A stretch of 64,000 nt of DNA from Chrysemys picta bellii. Its lineage: Eukaryota. The DNA is taken from positions 25,358,001 through 25,422,000 of the forward strand of contig NC_088798.1 of assembly GCF_011386835.1 (NCBI RefSeq). The letters run 5' to 3'. Of the stretch, positions 1 to 11,160 are shown piece by piece. Each line of letters begins with the position of its first letter. Within the stretch, counting starts at the first letter, position 1. Position numbers and translations under genes: made by a program. The notes below the pieces were generated by a model. It was not told the DNA's origin and made no database searches. It saw only the letters and a list, made by a program, of their open reading frames with translations.

Positions 1-398
1 CCCTCCCCCATCCTTATGTCCCTGCACCCCCTGTTCCTATGTGGCCTTGTGCCCCCACTCAGCCACCCTCTTCCCCCTTGTGTCCCTGCATCCCCTTCCC
101 CCTGTCCCCATGTGTGTCCCTGCACCTCCACTCCCATTCATCCCTCTCCCCAGTCTGTGACCCTCCCCAGCAGCCCCATGCTGTCCATTTCCCCCATACC
201 CTGTGTTTACTGACCTGGTCCCATGGGCAGGGAGCAGTGAGGAACACTGCCTCTTCTGGTCCCTATCTGCAGCTGAGGTGGGGGAAAGGCGTAACTGCAG
301 CACCTTTCTGGCAGAATGTATTTTCTGTGGTGAAAAAAAAATCTACACACCACATGAATTCTGTGCATGTACAGTGGTGTAGAATTCCCCCAGGAGTA
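1..398. mobile_element. One end of a non-autonomous DNA-transposon-like repeat with a C-rich degenerate tandem interior; other end lies outside the window
   Basis: C-rich ccctgtgtcccc-like repeats at 1-215, ending in GAATTCTGTGCATGTACAGTGGTGTAGAATTCCCCCAGGAGTA, a terminus I recognise from turtle repeats. No TSD can be tested. Confidence 0.45.
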
Positions 399-1721
399 GG
401 CAAGACACAGGATGACCGTGTGGGAAAGAGAGTCAAAGGGGGCATTACTGATGACTAGAGGTCAAGAAGGAGTATTTGGAGAGATTTGTATGAGAAGACA
501 AAGGGGTGTTTGGTGGAAAGAAAGTGGGAATCTGTTCCAAGCAACGGGCATGGTAAAAGAGGAAAAGGAGAAGAAGAATGTTCTTTAGAATACTGAACCA
601 GCTTTACCCACGGGGATCTTTCACTGGGCAGATGAACATTCTAAACTGTTATGTTAATAGCTATGAATGGGTGGTGTATAGTATTTGGATGAAGGGACAT
701 TTATTTTAATTATCTTTCTGAGTGGGTACCCAATAATGAACTGACCATCTATGTATGCTAAACTGCTGTTCTGCTAAGATTCTGCTGTCCTCTTTAGGGC
801 GGTATGTGCTTGGAAATACCCCAAATGGGATGTGTTTTGACTAAACGTGGAAGGTTGCAGGCCTAGAATGCAAGTTGTTCATATATGGAATAAATTGTTC
901 GAGTCTAATGTAATGCTTACATTGAATTTTTGTCAGTGAATATATGGGACAAATGATTCTTGATGTAAAGCTGAGTCTGGCTGAGATCTGTTTTACTTTA
1001 CTATTATAAATATCAGACTTGCCAAGTCACATTCATTTCCAAGAATGGTCACTCACATTGTTTTCAGTTTTGAGATTGTATTTGTGATGAAGGATTTTGC
1101 AAGTGTTCCATAACCAATCTCACTCATTTTCATCATCAACGTTCAAAAGCAAGGTTATACTTTAGTAACTGATTTTCAATAACGGAGACCTGTGGTGTCC
1201 ATGCAAACATAACCACAATTACGCACAAAAATGGTTAGCTGTGCACATACCTAGCTATTTGAATGTGCAGCCACCCTCTTTGCATGCCGTTTCATACTGA
1301 GTACATGCAAACAACTGCTCACACATTTCGCATGTGCAAATCTATTTTTAAAACATTTGAACTTGAATGCTTTTCAGGGTTACTGGAAGATCTGTACAAA
1401 ATGTTTAACTTGAGCCACATGTGTGTTCAAAATCATCCTTGGAATTTTTTTTCTGTCTATATTTGTTGAAGATTTTCAGGAGACATGTTCCTCAAGATAT
1501 ATTCAACCTTAAACTGGATATTAGCAGTGTACTTAGAAATCCACGTAGGCAAGTCTCAAGGTGAAAGTCCTAGGGTACATTCTGTACCTTGGGGGAGCAT
1601 GATGTAACCCCCATATTCCTCATTTTTGTATAATCGTGATCTTACATATAAAGCATGCCTTTTAAGGTATCAGGGGAAAGGTTATGAACTGCTGAAAGTC
1701 ATTTCTCTGTCCTTATATGTA

Positions 1722-3226
1722 CAGTAACTCCTCACTTAATGTTGCAGTTATGTTCCTGAAAAATGCAACTTTAAGTGAAACGATGTTAAACTAATCCAAT
1801 TTTCCCATAAGATTTAATGTAAATGCAGGGGGTTAGGTTCCAAGGAATTTTTTTGGGGCAGACAAAAGGCATTATATACTGTACAGTACTGTGGTGGTGA
1901 GGTGTCCCTGGCTTACTCCACACAGGCACAGCCCGCTGCAGACAATGAAGCAGGCAAGGATGCTAGGAAGCACCTTGCGCAGCAGTAGCTTCCCCCCCCC
2001 AGGAAAAACAGGTGCTGACTTTTGTGGGGGATGCTCCAGGCCTGCCTCTTCCCATCCCCGCTCCACTCCAGGCCCAGCTCTTCCAACCCCCACTCTGCCT
2101 CCTCCCTGGAGCATGCCACGTCCCCGCTTCTCCTCCTTCCTCACAGCGCTTCCCTGCTGCCAAACAGCTGTTTGGCAGCACTTAGGACTTTCTGACACGG
2201 CGCTTCCCCGCTCATCCCCCTCCCACCAGTGGCGGATTTAGAGTTAGCGGGGCCCTGTGCTCAGCTTCATTTTGGGGAACATTCTCTTTTATCTCCCCCC
2301 CCCCCCTGTTTTTCATTCTTTTTTTTTCTCCATTCTCCTCCTAGGGCTCAGGGCTTGGGGTGCAGAGTCTGGAGGGAGTTAGGGTGGGGGTGCAGGAGGA
2401 GGCTCAGGGCTGGGGCAGGCAGGAGATGCAGAGCACTTACCTGGGGCAGCTCCTGTTTGGTGCAGGGGGTGTGCAGGTGGCTCTGCGCAGCGCGGGACCT
2501 CCCCCATGGCCGCGATTCTGGGAGCCACGATTTTGGGAGCTGCCTCCTCCCATCAGGCAGGGCCACCTGGAATGCAGGGGCTTTAGGGACTGCAGGGCCC
2601 TGGGCTAAGGGGGCCTCAGGGCCCTGGCCTGCAGCTCTAAAGCCCCTTTTGGAATGCGGCCCTGCGAGCACAGGCTGGAGGACTCAGAAGAAGCAGGAGC
2701 AGCTGCGCAGCCAGCTTTCAAAGCGCCACTTCTCTCTGGTTGGCTTTGAAGGGGAAAGCGCTGCTTCTCTCTGGCCGCTGGCTGAGCGGCTGCCTCTGCT
2801 CCTCCTGAGTCCTCCAGTCCGTGCGTGCAGGGCTGCATTCCGAAAGGGGCTTTAGAGCTGCAGGCTAGGGCTCCGGGACCCCCTTAGCCCAGGGCCCTGC
2901 AGCCCCTAAAGCCCCTGTGTTCCGGGTGGCCCTGCCTGCCCGGGAGGGGGAGGGGGGCGCTTCCCCGCTCGCTTGCTCCCTCCCTCCCTCCCTCCCTGAA
3001 AGTCTTACACGCCGCCAAACAGATGTTTGGTATCGGGGGAAGAGCTGGGAGGAAGGGAGGGGGAGGAGGCGGAGAAGAGGAACTTGTGCAATGCTCCCTT
3101 GTAAAGTCAGCCAAACGACGTTATAAGGGAGCATTGCACAACTTTAAATGAGTATGTTCCCTAATAGAGCAGGGCCGTAATTTCGAAACAACGTTAAGCG
3201 GGAGGACGTTAAGTGAGGAGTTTCTG
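1722..3226. mobile_element. Tc1/mariner Tigger-like non-autonomous element
   Basis: TIRs CAGTAACTCCTCACTTAATGT and ACGTTAAGTGAGGAGTTTCTG, with TA on both sides (1720-1721 and 3227-3228). GC-rich interior, no transposase. Confidence 0.85.
2556..2936. repeat. ~110-bp GC-rich inverted repeat pair (2556-2665 and 2827-2936)
   Basis: The reverse complement of 2556-2665 aligns to 2827-2936 with few mismatches (for example GGGGCTTTAGAGCTGCAGGC and CCTTAGCCCAGGGCCCTGCAG). Confidence 0.85.
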
Positions 3227-4463
3227 TATATCATTAATGCATATGAAGTTATGAGAATTGTGTAGTATGGTTGTCACTTAAACATGCTGTAAGTTGGGGG
3301 AATCATCCAGATATTAACACCCCAGAGGCAACAGCAAGGAAAGTAACCAACGCTTGGGCAGGGTGTCAAACAACGTATTAACAGCCATTGTCCAGAAAGG
3401 GAGCTACAATGCAATGACTCACCTGCATGAGGCCACACCAGGGGAACTGCTCAACCTTGCTTGGAGAGATTCAGTAATGATCACCTGACTCTGTAGGGAG
3501 TGGGGCAAAGCCAAGGGAGAGGAAAGGACATGATAAAAGGAAGAGATTTTTGCCATGCTCTTCCTCTCTTTTCCACCTCCATCTACAGACACCACACCAA
3601 GTCATTGAAGCACTGATCAAAGGGGAGAGCCTGGCTGAAGAGCAACCAGCCAGCCTGTGGTGAGAAGCATCGAAGTTTGTAAGGACACTGAAAGTGTTAA
3701 GATCAGCTTAGAACTCATTTTACTTTTATTTCATTTGACCAAATCTGACTTATTATGCTTTGACTTATAATCACTTAAAATTTATCTTTGTAGTTAATAT
3801 ATCTGTTTGTTTATTCTACCTGAAGCAGTGTGTTTGGTTTGAAGTGTGTCAGAGACTCCCCTTGCGATAACAAGCCTGGTACATATACATTTCTTTGTTA
3901 AATTGACAAACTCATATAAGCTTGCAGCGCTTAGAGGGCATAACTGGACATGGCAAGATGGAGGTTCCTAGGGTTGTGTCTGGGACCGGAGATATTAGCT
4001 AGTGTCATTTGGTTGCAAGTAGCTGGGAGCAGCTTACATGCCAGAGGCTGTGCGTGAACAGCTCAGGAGTGGAGGTTCTCACAGCAGAGCAGGGTAAGGC
4101 TGGCTCCTAGAGTCAAGGATTGGAGTGACCTAGCAGATCAGCGGTTCAGATAACACCAGAGGGGAATGTCACAACCGTATATATATTCTGTGTCCCAAAT
4201 TGGCTGAGCCAACCCCATATTAACTGGTGAATTAGCATAAACAAGGGCAGGACCAAGAAAACCAAACCTTGCCCATGGGTTCACAATAAAATTTAAGAAA
4301 ATGGGTTGTACAAATCCAGACTGTAGTCATCAGGGTCTGTGAAGCCATGCAAACTATTTATGATGAGGAAAAATATGAACCTTTTGCAAATCAACCTTGA
4401 AGTTTTCATATAGCTCTGTCTGACAAGATACCAACAGGTATCTTCTAAGCTGACAGTTATTTT

Positions 4464-4621
4464 GGACCTGATTCTCCATTCACCTTTCCTGCTAGAGAGT
4501 TACTTACAACAGTGCATAATGAGTGCCAAGTGGGTGTAAATGCTACCACATCACACTTTTCACCCCATTTGCAGTAGTGTACCTGACAGCACATTGTGCA
4601 GAGCAGTAGGGAATCAGGCCC
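4464..4621. mobile_element. Short palindromic MITE (Chompy/Harbinger-like ancient repeat)
   Basis: Termini GGACCTGATTCTC and GGGAATCAGGCCC; TTT on both flanks. Confidence 0.55.
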
Positions 4622-4811
4622 TTTATGTGCTCAGTAGTGATTCTTCTACCATAAAATAAGGGACTTGGGAGTCCATTTTATTCCTGAAATGGAGTTAATA
4701 TGTGAAAAATTATAACTTCTGTGTGTTTTTTTCCACTCTACCTTCATGGAAGGCGATGAAAAGCTGGTCAGGAATCAGAACACACAGGTTACTTATAGGA
4801 TGGTTGGAGAA

Positions 4812-4925
4812 GACCAGATTCTGCCACCCTTACTCATGTTGAATACTCATGCCTTATGAAGTTAATGGCACTACTTGTGGAATTAGGCTTTACTGAACAT
4901 GTGGAAAAGTGGCAGGATCTGGTTC
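4812..4925. mobile_element. Short palindromic MITE
   Basis: Termini GACCAGATTCTGCCAC and GTGGCAGGATCTGGTTC. Confidence 0.55.
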
Positions 4926-6092
4926 TTACGCAGCAGCAGTAGCTTCATAATCAGAGTACAATGGCCTTATAAAACTTCAGTAAAACAAGCCTTGTTATTT
5001 TAGCCAAGTCTGCCTGATTTACTGTCCTCTAGGCATTACAACATTATCCAAACACCGTGCTTAAAAATATAAAATTGGCATTTCATCAATACCACATAAG
5101 TGGAATGTTTTTTGTGAAATGCTCTATATTAGAAACATTTTCCCTTCCAGAGCATTAGTGGTAAAATGAGTCCTCTTAAAAATACAGAGAAAGAGGCTCA
5201 CTTCATTAGCACAAATACGCCTTTGGACAATATGGGACTACATTCTGTGCTGGAACTCTCGTGAGAGAGGCTTTAAATCCCTTTTTACCACCCAGATTGT
5301 GGGTTCCTTGAGAAGCTGTTGCAGTCCTTAGCCTAAATTAGAATAGGCCATAAACTACTCTAATTTAAGGCAGCCTTACCTAGATACCTATGGGTTGCTC
5401 TCCAGCCCAGAATTACCCTGTCTATTTCAATTCCCTCTCGCTCTCCTACCATTGGCCCCACCCCAAAATGCTCCCATACCAAGGGCTGCCAGCAAACATT
5501 AAGAAAACTAGATTTCTCTAGGGGACTGTGGAGAGTGAGCCCAGAATTCCTTGTTTTACTGAAATGTTGGAACCAACTTGACAAAATTATACAAAATGCA
5601 TTATGCTCTGACAGTAATTTTCTTCCATATTCCTTTGTTATATTTATTATGAAGCAGAGTTTTCTTCCTTTCAGTTTTTGTCGGAATTTGTGTTAACGAC
5701 ATCTGTCAGTTACCATGGAGATAATTGTGATATCCTAGATTCAAAGTTATGGCTTCATTATAGGATTAAGTTTAGGGGAAAATAGAACAAAACAACAAAT
5801 AAACAAACACACAAAATCCACCCAAAATGGGCCAGATTCTGTACCGACGAATATCTTGCTCCACCTGATTCATATTTTTCTGTCATAACTGGGTTGACAG
5901 GCCCTGAGGTTTCAAAAGGTTCAGAATCAAACAAATGTAGTGAGTGGGGCTGCCTGGAGCATAAGTCAACCCAGAATCCCCCCCCCAAGGTTGAAATCCT
6001 GCTGTTTATAGTACGCCACTTCAGGTTATGACCTCAAAAGCTAAGCAGAGCTGATGGATATTTGGATGGAAGAGCTCCAGAAAGCACCCACC

Positions 6093-6866
6093 CAGGCCCG
6101 CTGACAGCAATTCTGGGCCCCAGGGCAGAACAGTCAATGGGCCCACGCAGACATGGTCCGCCTGACATTTGGGCGATGCTGCACTGGTTGGTGCCCAGCG
6201 AGCTGCCAGCTGCACTGCTGGTGCCCAGCGAGCTGCTGGAACGGCCAAAGCTTCCACATGCCCTCCTGGTAGGGTTGCCAACTGTCTAATAGCGCAAACC
6301 TAATGACCCTTGCCCCGCCCCCTTCCCTGAGACCACGCCCTTGTCTCATCCCCTTCTCCCAGGGTGCGGGCTCTGGGAGGGAGTTTAGGTGTGGGAGGGG
6401 TTGAGGTCGGGCTCTGGGAGGGAGTTGGGGTGGGCTCTAGGCTGGGGCAGGGGTCGGGATGTGGGAGATAGTAAGAGGTGCGGCGCTTACCTGGGGCGGA
6501 TCCTGAAAGAGACTAATACACCCCTCTGGCAATGGCTCCCAGGTGAGGGACTCAGGGTCTCTGCGCGCTGCTGCCCACAGGCACCTTCCCCACAGCTCCC
6601 ATTGACCACATTTCCCAGCCAATGGGAGCTGCGGAGTTGGTGCTGGGGACAGGGGCAGCGCATGGAGACCCCATCCCAACGGGCTGCAGGGATGTGCTGG
6701 CTACTTCTGGGAGTGGTGTGGAGCAAGGGCAGGCAGGAAGCCTGCCTTAGCTCCTCTGTGCTGCTGGTGGCGGCCGGGGGCCCCCGGCCTTTTTAAATTG
6801 CCCGGGCCCCATGGCATTTGCCCCCCTGCCCTCCTTTCCTCCCCCCCCCCCCCGTCAGCAGGCCTG
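6093..6866. mobile_element. hAT non-autonomous element
   Basis: TIRs CAGGCCCGCTGACAG and CCGTCAGCAGGCCTG; exact 8-bp TSD CACCCACC (6085-6092 and 6867-6874). Confidence 0.9.
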
Positions 6867-7024
6867 CACCCACCGGTTGCAGAACATGTTAATTATGATT
6901 CATGAGATGACACACATGCCGCTGTCAGTACTGAACCCATGCCCCAGCATGATCTTTGGGATACTGCAGCTGGACATATTCTATTTCAGTGAGATGTAAA
7001 ACGAAGTTCCTGGCCACTTGTAGC

Positions 7025-8039
7025 TAGGGTTGCCAGGTGGCTGGTTTTCGACCGGAATGCCCGGTTGAAAAGGGACCCTGTTGGCTTCAGCCAGCACTGC
7101 TGACTGGGCTGTTAAAAGTCCAATTGGTGGTGCAGCGAGGGCCGGGGCCAAGGCAGGCTCCCTACCTGCCTTGGCTCTGTGCAGCTCCCGGAAGCAGCCG
7201 CCAGGTCCCTGCAGCCCCTACACATATGGGCGGACAGGGAGGCTCCGCACACTGCCCCTGCCCCCTAGGGCTGGCTCCACAGCTCCCATTGGCTGGGAAC
7301 TGGGACCAATGGGAGCTGCAGGGGTGGCGCTTGTGGGTGCAAAGGCAGCATGCGGAGCCTCCCTGGCCGCCCATGTGTCTAGGGGCTGCAGGGACCTGGC
7401 GGCCACTTTCTGGGAGCCGTGGTAAGCATCACCAGGACCCCACACCCTGAACCATCTCCCACACCCCAACCCCCTGCCCCAGCCTGAAGTCCCCTTCTGC
7501 ACCCAAACTCCCTCCTGGAGCCTGCACCCCCCCCCCAATCCGCTGCCCCAGCCCTGAGCCCTCTCCTGCACCCCAAACCCCTCATCCCTGGCCCCACCCC
7601 AGAGTCCACACCCCCAGTGGAGTCCTCACCCCCCCTGCACCCCAGCCTCCTGCCCCATCCCACAGCCCTTTCCCAGACTCTCATTTCTGGCCCCACCCAG
7701 AGCCTGCACCCCCATCCCAGGGCCCATACGCTCCACCCCTCAATCCCATGCCCAATCCTGGAGCCCTCTCCCACACCCCAAACTCCTCATTTCTGGCTCC
7801 ACCCCAGAGCCTGCACCCACAGCCTAAGCTCTCTCATTCCTCCCGCACCCCAACTCCCTGCACCAGCCCAGTAAAAGTGAGTGAGGGTGGGAGAGAGTGA
7901 GCGATGGAGGGGGGGGGGGATGGAGCGAGTGGAGCCGGGGCCTTGGAGAAGGGGCGGGGCAGGGGTATTACCCATTAATATTAATAGTATTAATATTCCA
8001 TGAGTTCAGTTTTGTGCAATTAGAAAGTTGGCAACCTTA
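7025..8039. mobile_element. hAT non-autonomous element (TAGGGTTGCCA-type ends)
   Basis: TIRs TAGGGTTGCCA and TGGCAACCTTA; exact 8-bp TSD CTTGTAGC (7017-7024 and 8040-8047). C-rich tandem interior. Confidence 0.9.
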
Positions 8040-8575
8040 CTTGTAGCCATTAAAGATCCATTGACTTTTTAAAAAAAATGTAAGGGGGTTAGCTTCAGTG
8101 TCAGCTGAATTTCAACGTGTGTAATTGTGTTCTGCCAACTACTTCTTCTAGTACTTTCAGTTAGATATGCAAAATGGTGGAAAGATATGCAAAATGATTG
8201 GCATAAATATAGAGAGATGATAGACTTGTCATCTGGAGGAGTTGTGGCTATTCCGGCCTGTTCAGGAAGAGTTCTGTAGTTTTGTAAAATGTTTTGTTAC
8301 AATAAAAGTGTACATCATTGCCATTATGCAATAAGCATCTGGTGAAGGATGGACATCTAAAAGTTCAAACTGCAAGGGTAAATTGGCAGAAGGATACTTG
8401 TCATTTTGGGGGAACTTCCCCTAAAGCTAAATGTTTTTAAAGGGCTATTTAGGTGGAAAAACCTTGGATTTGGGGAGTTATTTCCTCTTTTCTGTATCCA
8501 CCACCTGTGTGAATAGAGCCATTTTTGACACATTTGCACAATCTTAGTTTGACAGAAACCCGGGGGGGGGGGGGG

Positions 8576-8757
8576 AGAGGGATAGCTCAGTGGTTTGAGC
8601 ATTGGCCTGCTAAACCCAGGGTTGTGAGCTCAATCCTTAAGGGGGCCATTTAGGGAACGGGGGTAAAAATCTGTCTGGGGATTAGTCTTGCATTGAGCAG
8701 GGGATTGGACTAGATGACCTCCTGAGATCCCTTCCAACCCCCTGATATTCTATGATT
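8576..8757 (+). mobile_element. Turtle tRNA-derived SINE with CR1-derived 3' tail
   Basis: A box GATAGCTCAGTGG, B-box-like GAGCTCAATCC, and CR1 tail GGACTAGATGACCTCCTGAGATCCCTTCCAACCC...TTCTATGATT. Two further copies are in the window. Confidence 0.9.
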
Positions 8758-9759
8758 TCCATAGCTTTGTTTTAGTTTGCCTAATTCCAGGGATGCATAT
8801 TCAAAATAAAACAAAATACTTCTAGTATCACGTGTTGCAGCAGAAACTTCCTCCTTGCTGGCATTTCAAATTTCTTCTGTCTGGGAATATTTTCCCTAGA
8901 GAAACTAAATCTCTGAGGTTCAAATGTCCCTTACAAGAGAACTTTTCATTCTAAAGAAAATGTTCATACATATAATATTTCAAAGGAGGAGTTTACCTTC
9001 TCTCTGTCCACAATCATAGAATGGAGTCTGCTGCTGGGAGAAGCAGGAGGAGATGCTGATTTCTCTGAGTGACAGTTTTCATTCTAACACAAATACCTAC
9101 ATGTTATGCTGAGTACGTTGATCTTCTTGTAAATGGTCTAGTCTACAAGTCCCAGGACTAGCTGTGGGGAAAGGAATTTGATTGATAGATCACTCACTTG
9201 CCACCAGCTAATCTGACTACATGCCAAAGGTCTGGGGCAGGAAATATGTGATGTAGAAGTAGACCTGAAGTAGTAGTTCTCATTGTGCAGGTGCATGGGC
9301 AGCAAAGATTCTTATGAGAGAAAGTCAGATGAAAAAGAGGTGTAGATCTTCAGCAGTACAATAAAGTACTAGAGAAAGGCCTGGGACTTGATTCTGAGCT
9401 CCATTCAGGCTCTGCCTGTCAGTCTAATGCCACGAAGGGACTAGAAATCCTGAGATGGCTTAGAGCTATTGTAACCAGCATCAATGCCTCTTCCTTCCCA
9501 TACCTTGATGTAGGATGTGTGCTGGGGACAGGAGTGGGTATGGATTGCAGTGCCCTTGGTAATTCCTGGCTGGGTGCACAGCTCAATCCTTTGGGGTGAT
9601 AGCCAGCTAGGTGTAGTTTAAGAGCAACACGTTGGGTGCTTTAAACTGTGCCATGATGAGCTAGCCTCAGGACTGGGGAGCTGCAAATGGCTTCTTTGTG
9701 GTTTTCGTCTTCTGCCCTGAGCCATATCCAACGCTTACTGGAGTAGTATGTGTCTGAGA

Positions 9760-10525
9760 GGTGACACAGTTCATGAGGTAACTGCACCTCTGATCCCTTG
9801 GTGGCCTCCTTCAGGGCACCTCACTTTGGTCTAAGGCCTTTAGTTATTATCTTTCTTTCTGTGGGATCCTTCAGATTGGAGATTTGGACTTCAGACTCCT
9901 GTGATTGTCCTCTGTGATCATCTCAACAGGTCTGACTTTAATTTAGCACTGCACTCCTGTTCTGTCAGGGGAATGACGCGGTTCTTCAGAACAAGAACAT
10001 TTTAGAGAAAACATTTAATAAAAACAATAAAAAGTTTATATGTATGCCTGACTTACCCATTTTCCACATAGAGACCATGGCAGGACTAAAGTACTTCAGT
10101 CCTTCTCACAGGGCCTATCTCTCTTGATCACAGTCTTATGTCAGTTCTTGGACTGAGTGTGAGAGACCTCACACTTTATATTGTTTCAAGTTCTTTGCCT
10201 ACCAGGCCTCAGGTCAAAGCAATATATGCTATTTCTTCTGGGGACTAAACTTCCACAGAGTTACTACCTATATTGTTTCAGCATTTGGGATTCACATTAA
10301 TGACTCTTTCTCTCCTACCACTCACCCCGAGTGACTTTAGTTCATGCAGGAAACACCATTAAGTTCACCCACTGAATCAGGAATACAATCACTAGCCAAC
10401 CCATATGGATATATTTATAAAGTTGATGCAAGTCTTTGAATATTCCATGAGTCCATAGCATCTGTTACATGTCAGTATAATAGTTTTCAAATATTCCATG
10501 TTTCCAAAGCATTGCATCTGTCACA
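9760..10525. mobile_element. Probable old solo LTR
   Basis: (G)GTGACA...TGTCACA termini and turtle-LTR-like interior; no clear TSD. Confidence 0.4.
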
Positions 10526-10934
10526 AGAAGCTTTCATCCATTGATAATACAAGTTAGATGGGATCAACAGTATTTAGCCGTAACAAAATGCAAGAATTAT
10601 ACTTTCTAAAATGTTCTACTAACCAGGCATTTTTCATCTGCTGGCTCAGTAATAGGTTAAATACATCTGGACACAGATATTGTGGAGAACACTTGAGCAG
10701 GATGAAGTATGAAGTGGTGGATGCTGTGGTACAAACGGCCTAATTTCTAGCATTAAAAATAGTGCAGCTCAATACCACACTGAAGGCCTGATCCATTGCT
10801 CAGGGAACTGCCCTTGAAATCAGCGAGAGATCTGCAATATGATGAAATGGGTCTATCATAATTAAGTTTCAGATATAATTATAGTAAAAGAAACTCGATT
10901 CCTCCTATTGTAATTAAACAGTACTTTATACAAA

Positions 10935-11160
10935 GGGCCAGATTTTTAAAGGGAATTAGGCCCTAAAGATGTAGAAAAGCACCTAGTGGGATCCATCTAT
11001 TTTTGAAAACCCCAATAGGCAGCTATCTACATCTTCAGGTGCCTATGGCCCATATCCTCAAAGGTATTTAGATGCCTAACTTTTTATTGGTTTCAATGGG
11101 AGTTAGGCACCTAAATATCTTTGAAGATCTGGGTCCAAATACCTTAAAAAAATCTGGCCC
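10935..11160. mobile_element. Palindromic MITE with a related MITE nested inside (11047-11136)
   Basis: Outer termini GGGCCAGATTTTTAAAGG and CCTTAAAAAAATCTGGCCC. Inner termini GGCCCATATCCTCAAAGGTATTTAG and CTAAATATCTTTGAAGATCTGGGTCC. Confidence 0.7.

Larger units (their letters stand above)
1560..4173 (+). mobile_element. Solo LTR (LTR retroelement) interrupted by a Tigger insertion
   Basis: Ends in ...GGGGAATGTCACA at 4173. Sequence on either side of the Tigger joins seamlessly across the TA. The AT-rich segment at 3720-3920 resembles 44970-45170 of another LTR in the window. The left boundary is approximate and no TSD was found. Confidence 0.7.
6021..8165 (+). mobile_element. AmnSINE1-like (5S-Deu-L2) SINE split into three pieces by two hAT insertions
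   Basis: 6029-6092 is a degenerate 5S rRNA segment (TGACCTCAAAAGCTAAGCAG...TTTGGATGGAAGA). 6875-7024 and 8048-8165 continue with Deu-domain-like sequence (GTCAGTACTGAACCCATGCCCCAGCATG...GAGATGTAAAACGAAGTTCCTGGCCACTTGTAGC|CATTAAAGATCC). Family call is from recalled consensus. Confidence 0.7.

Noticed and set aside
2229-2855. 208-aa ORF and overlapping GC-rich ORFs
   Set aside because: They lie in the GC-rich interior of a Tigger/MITE, where stops are rare. Low-complexity translation with no domain.
6029-6092. 5S rRNA-like sequence
   Set aside because: Partial and diverged, and continuous with a Deu-domain SINE body, so it is not an rRNA gene.
6389-7874. Cluster of 70-137-aa ORFs on both strands
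   Set aside because: They fall inside TSD-bounded hAT MITE interiors with G/C-rich tandem units, so they are artefacts.
8576-8650. tRNA-like sequence (also at 35180-35248 and 62130-62200)
   Set aside because: These are SINE heads fused to CR1 tails, not tRNA genes.
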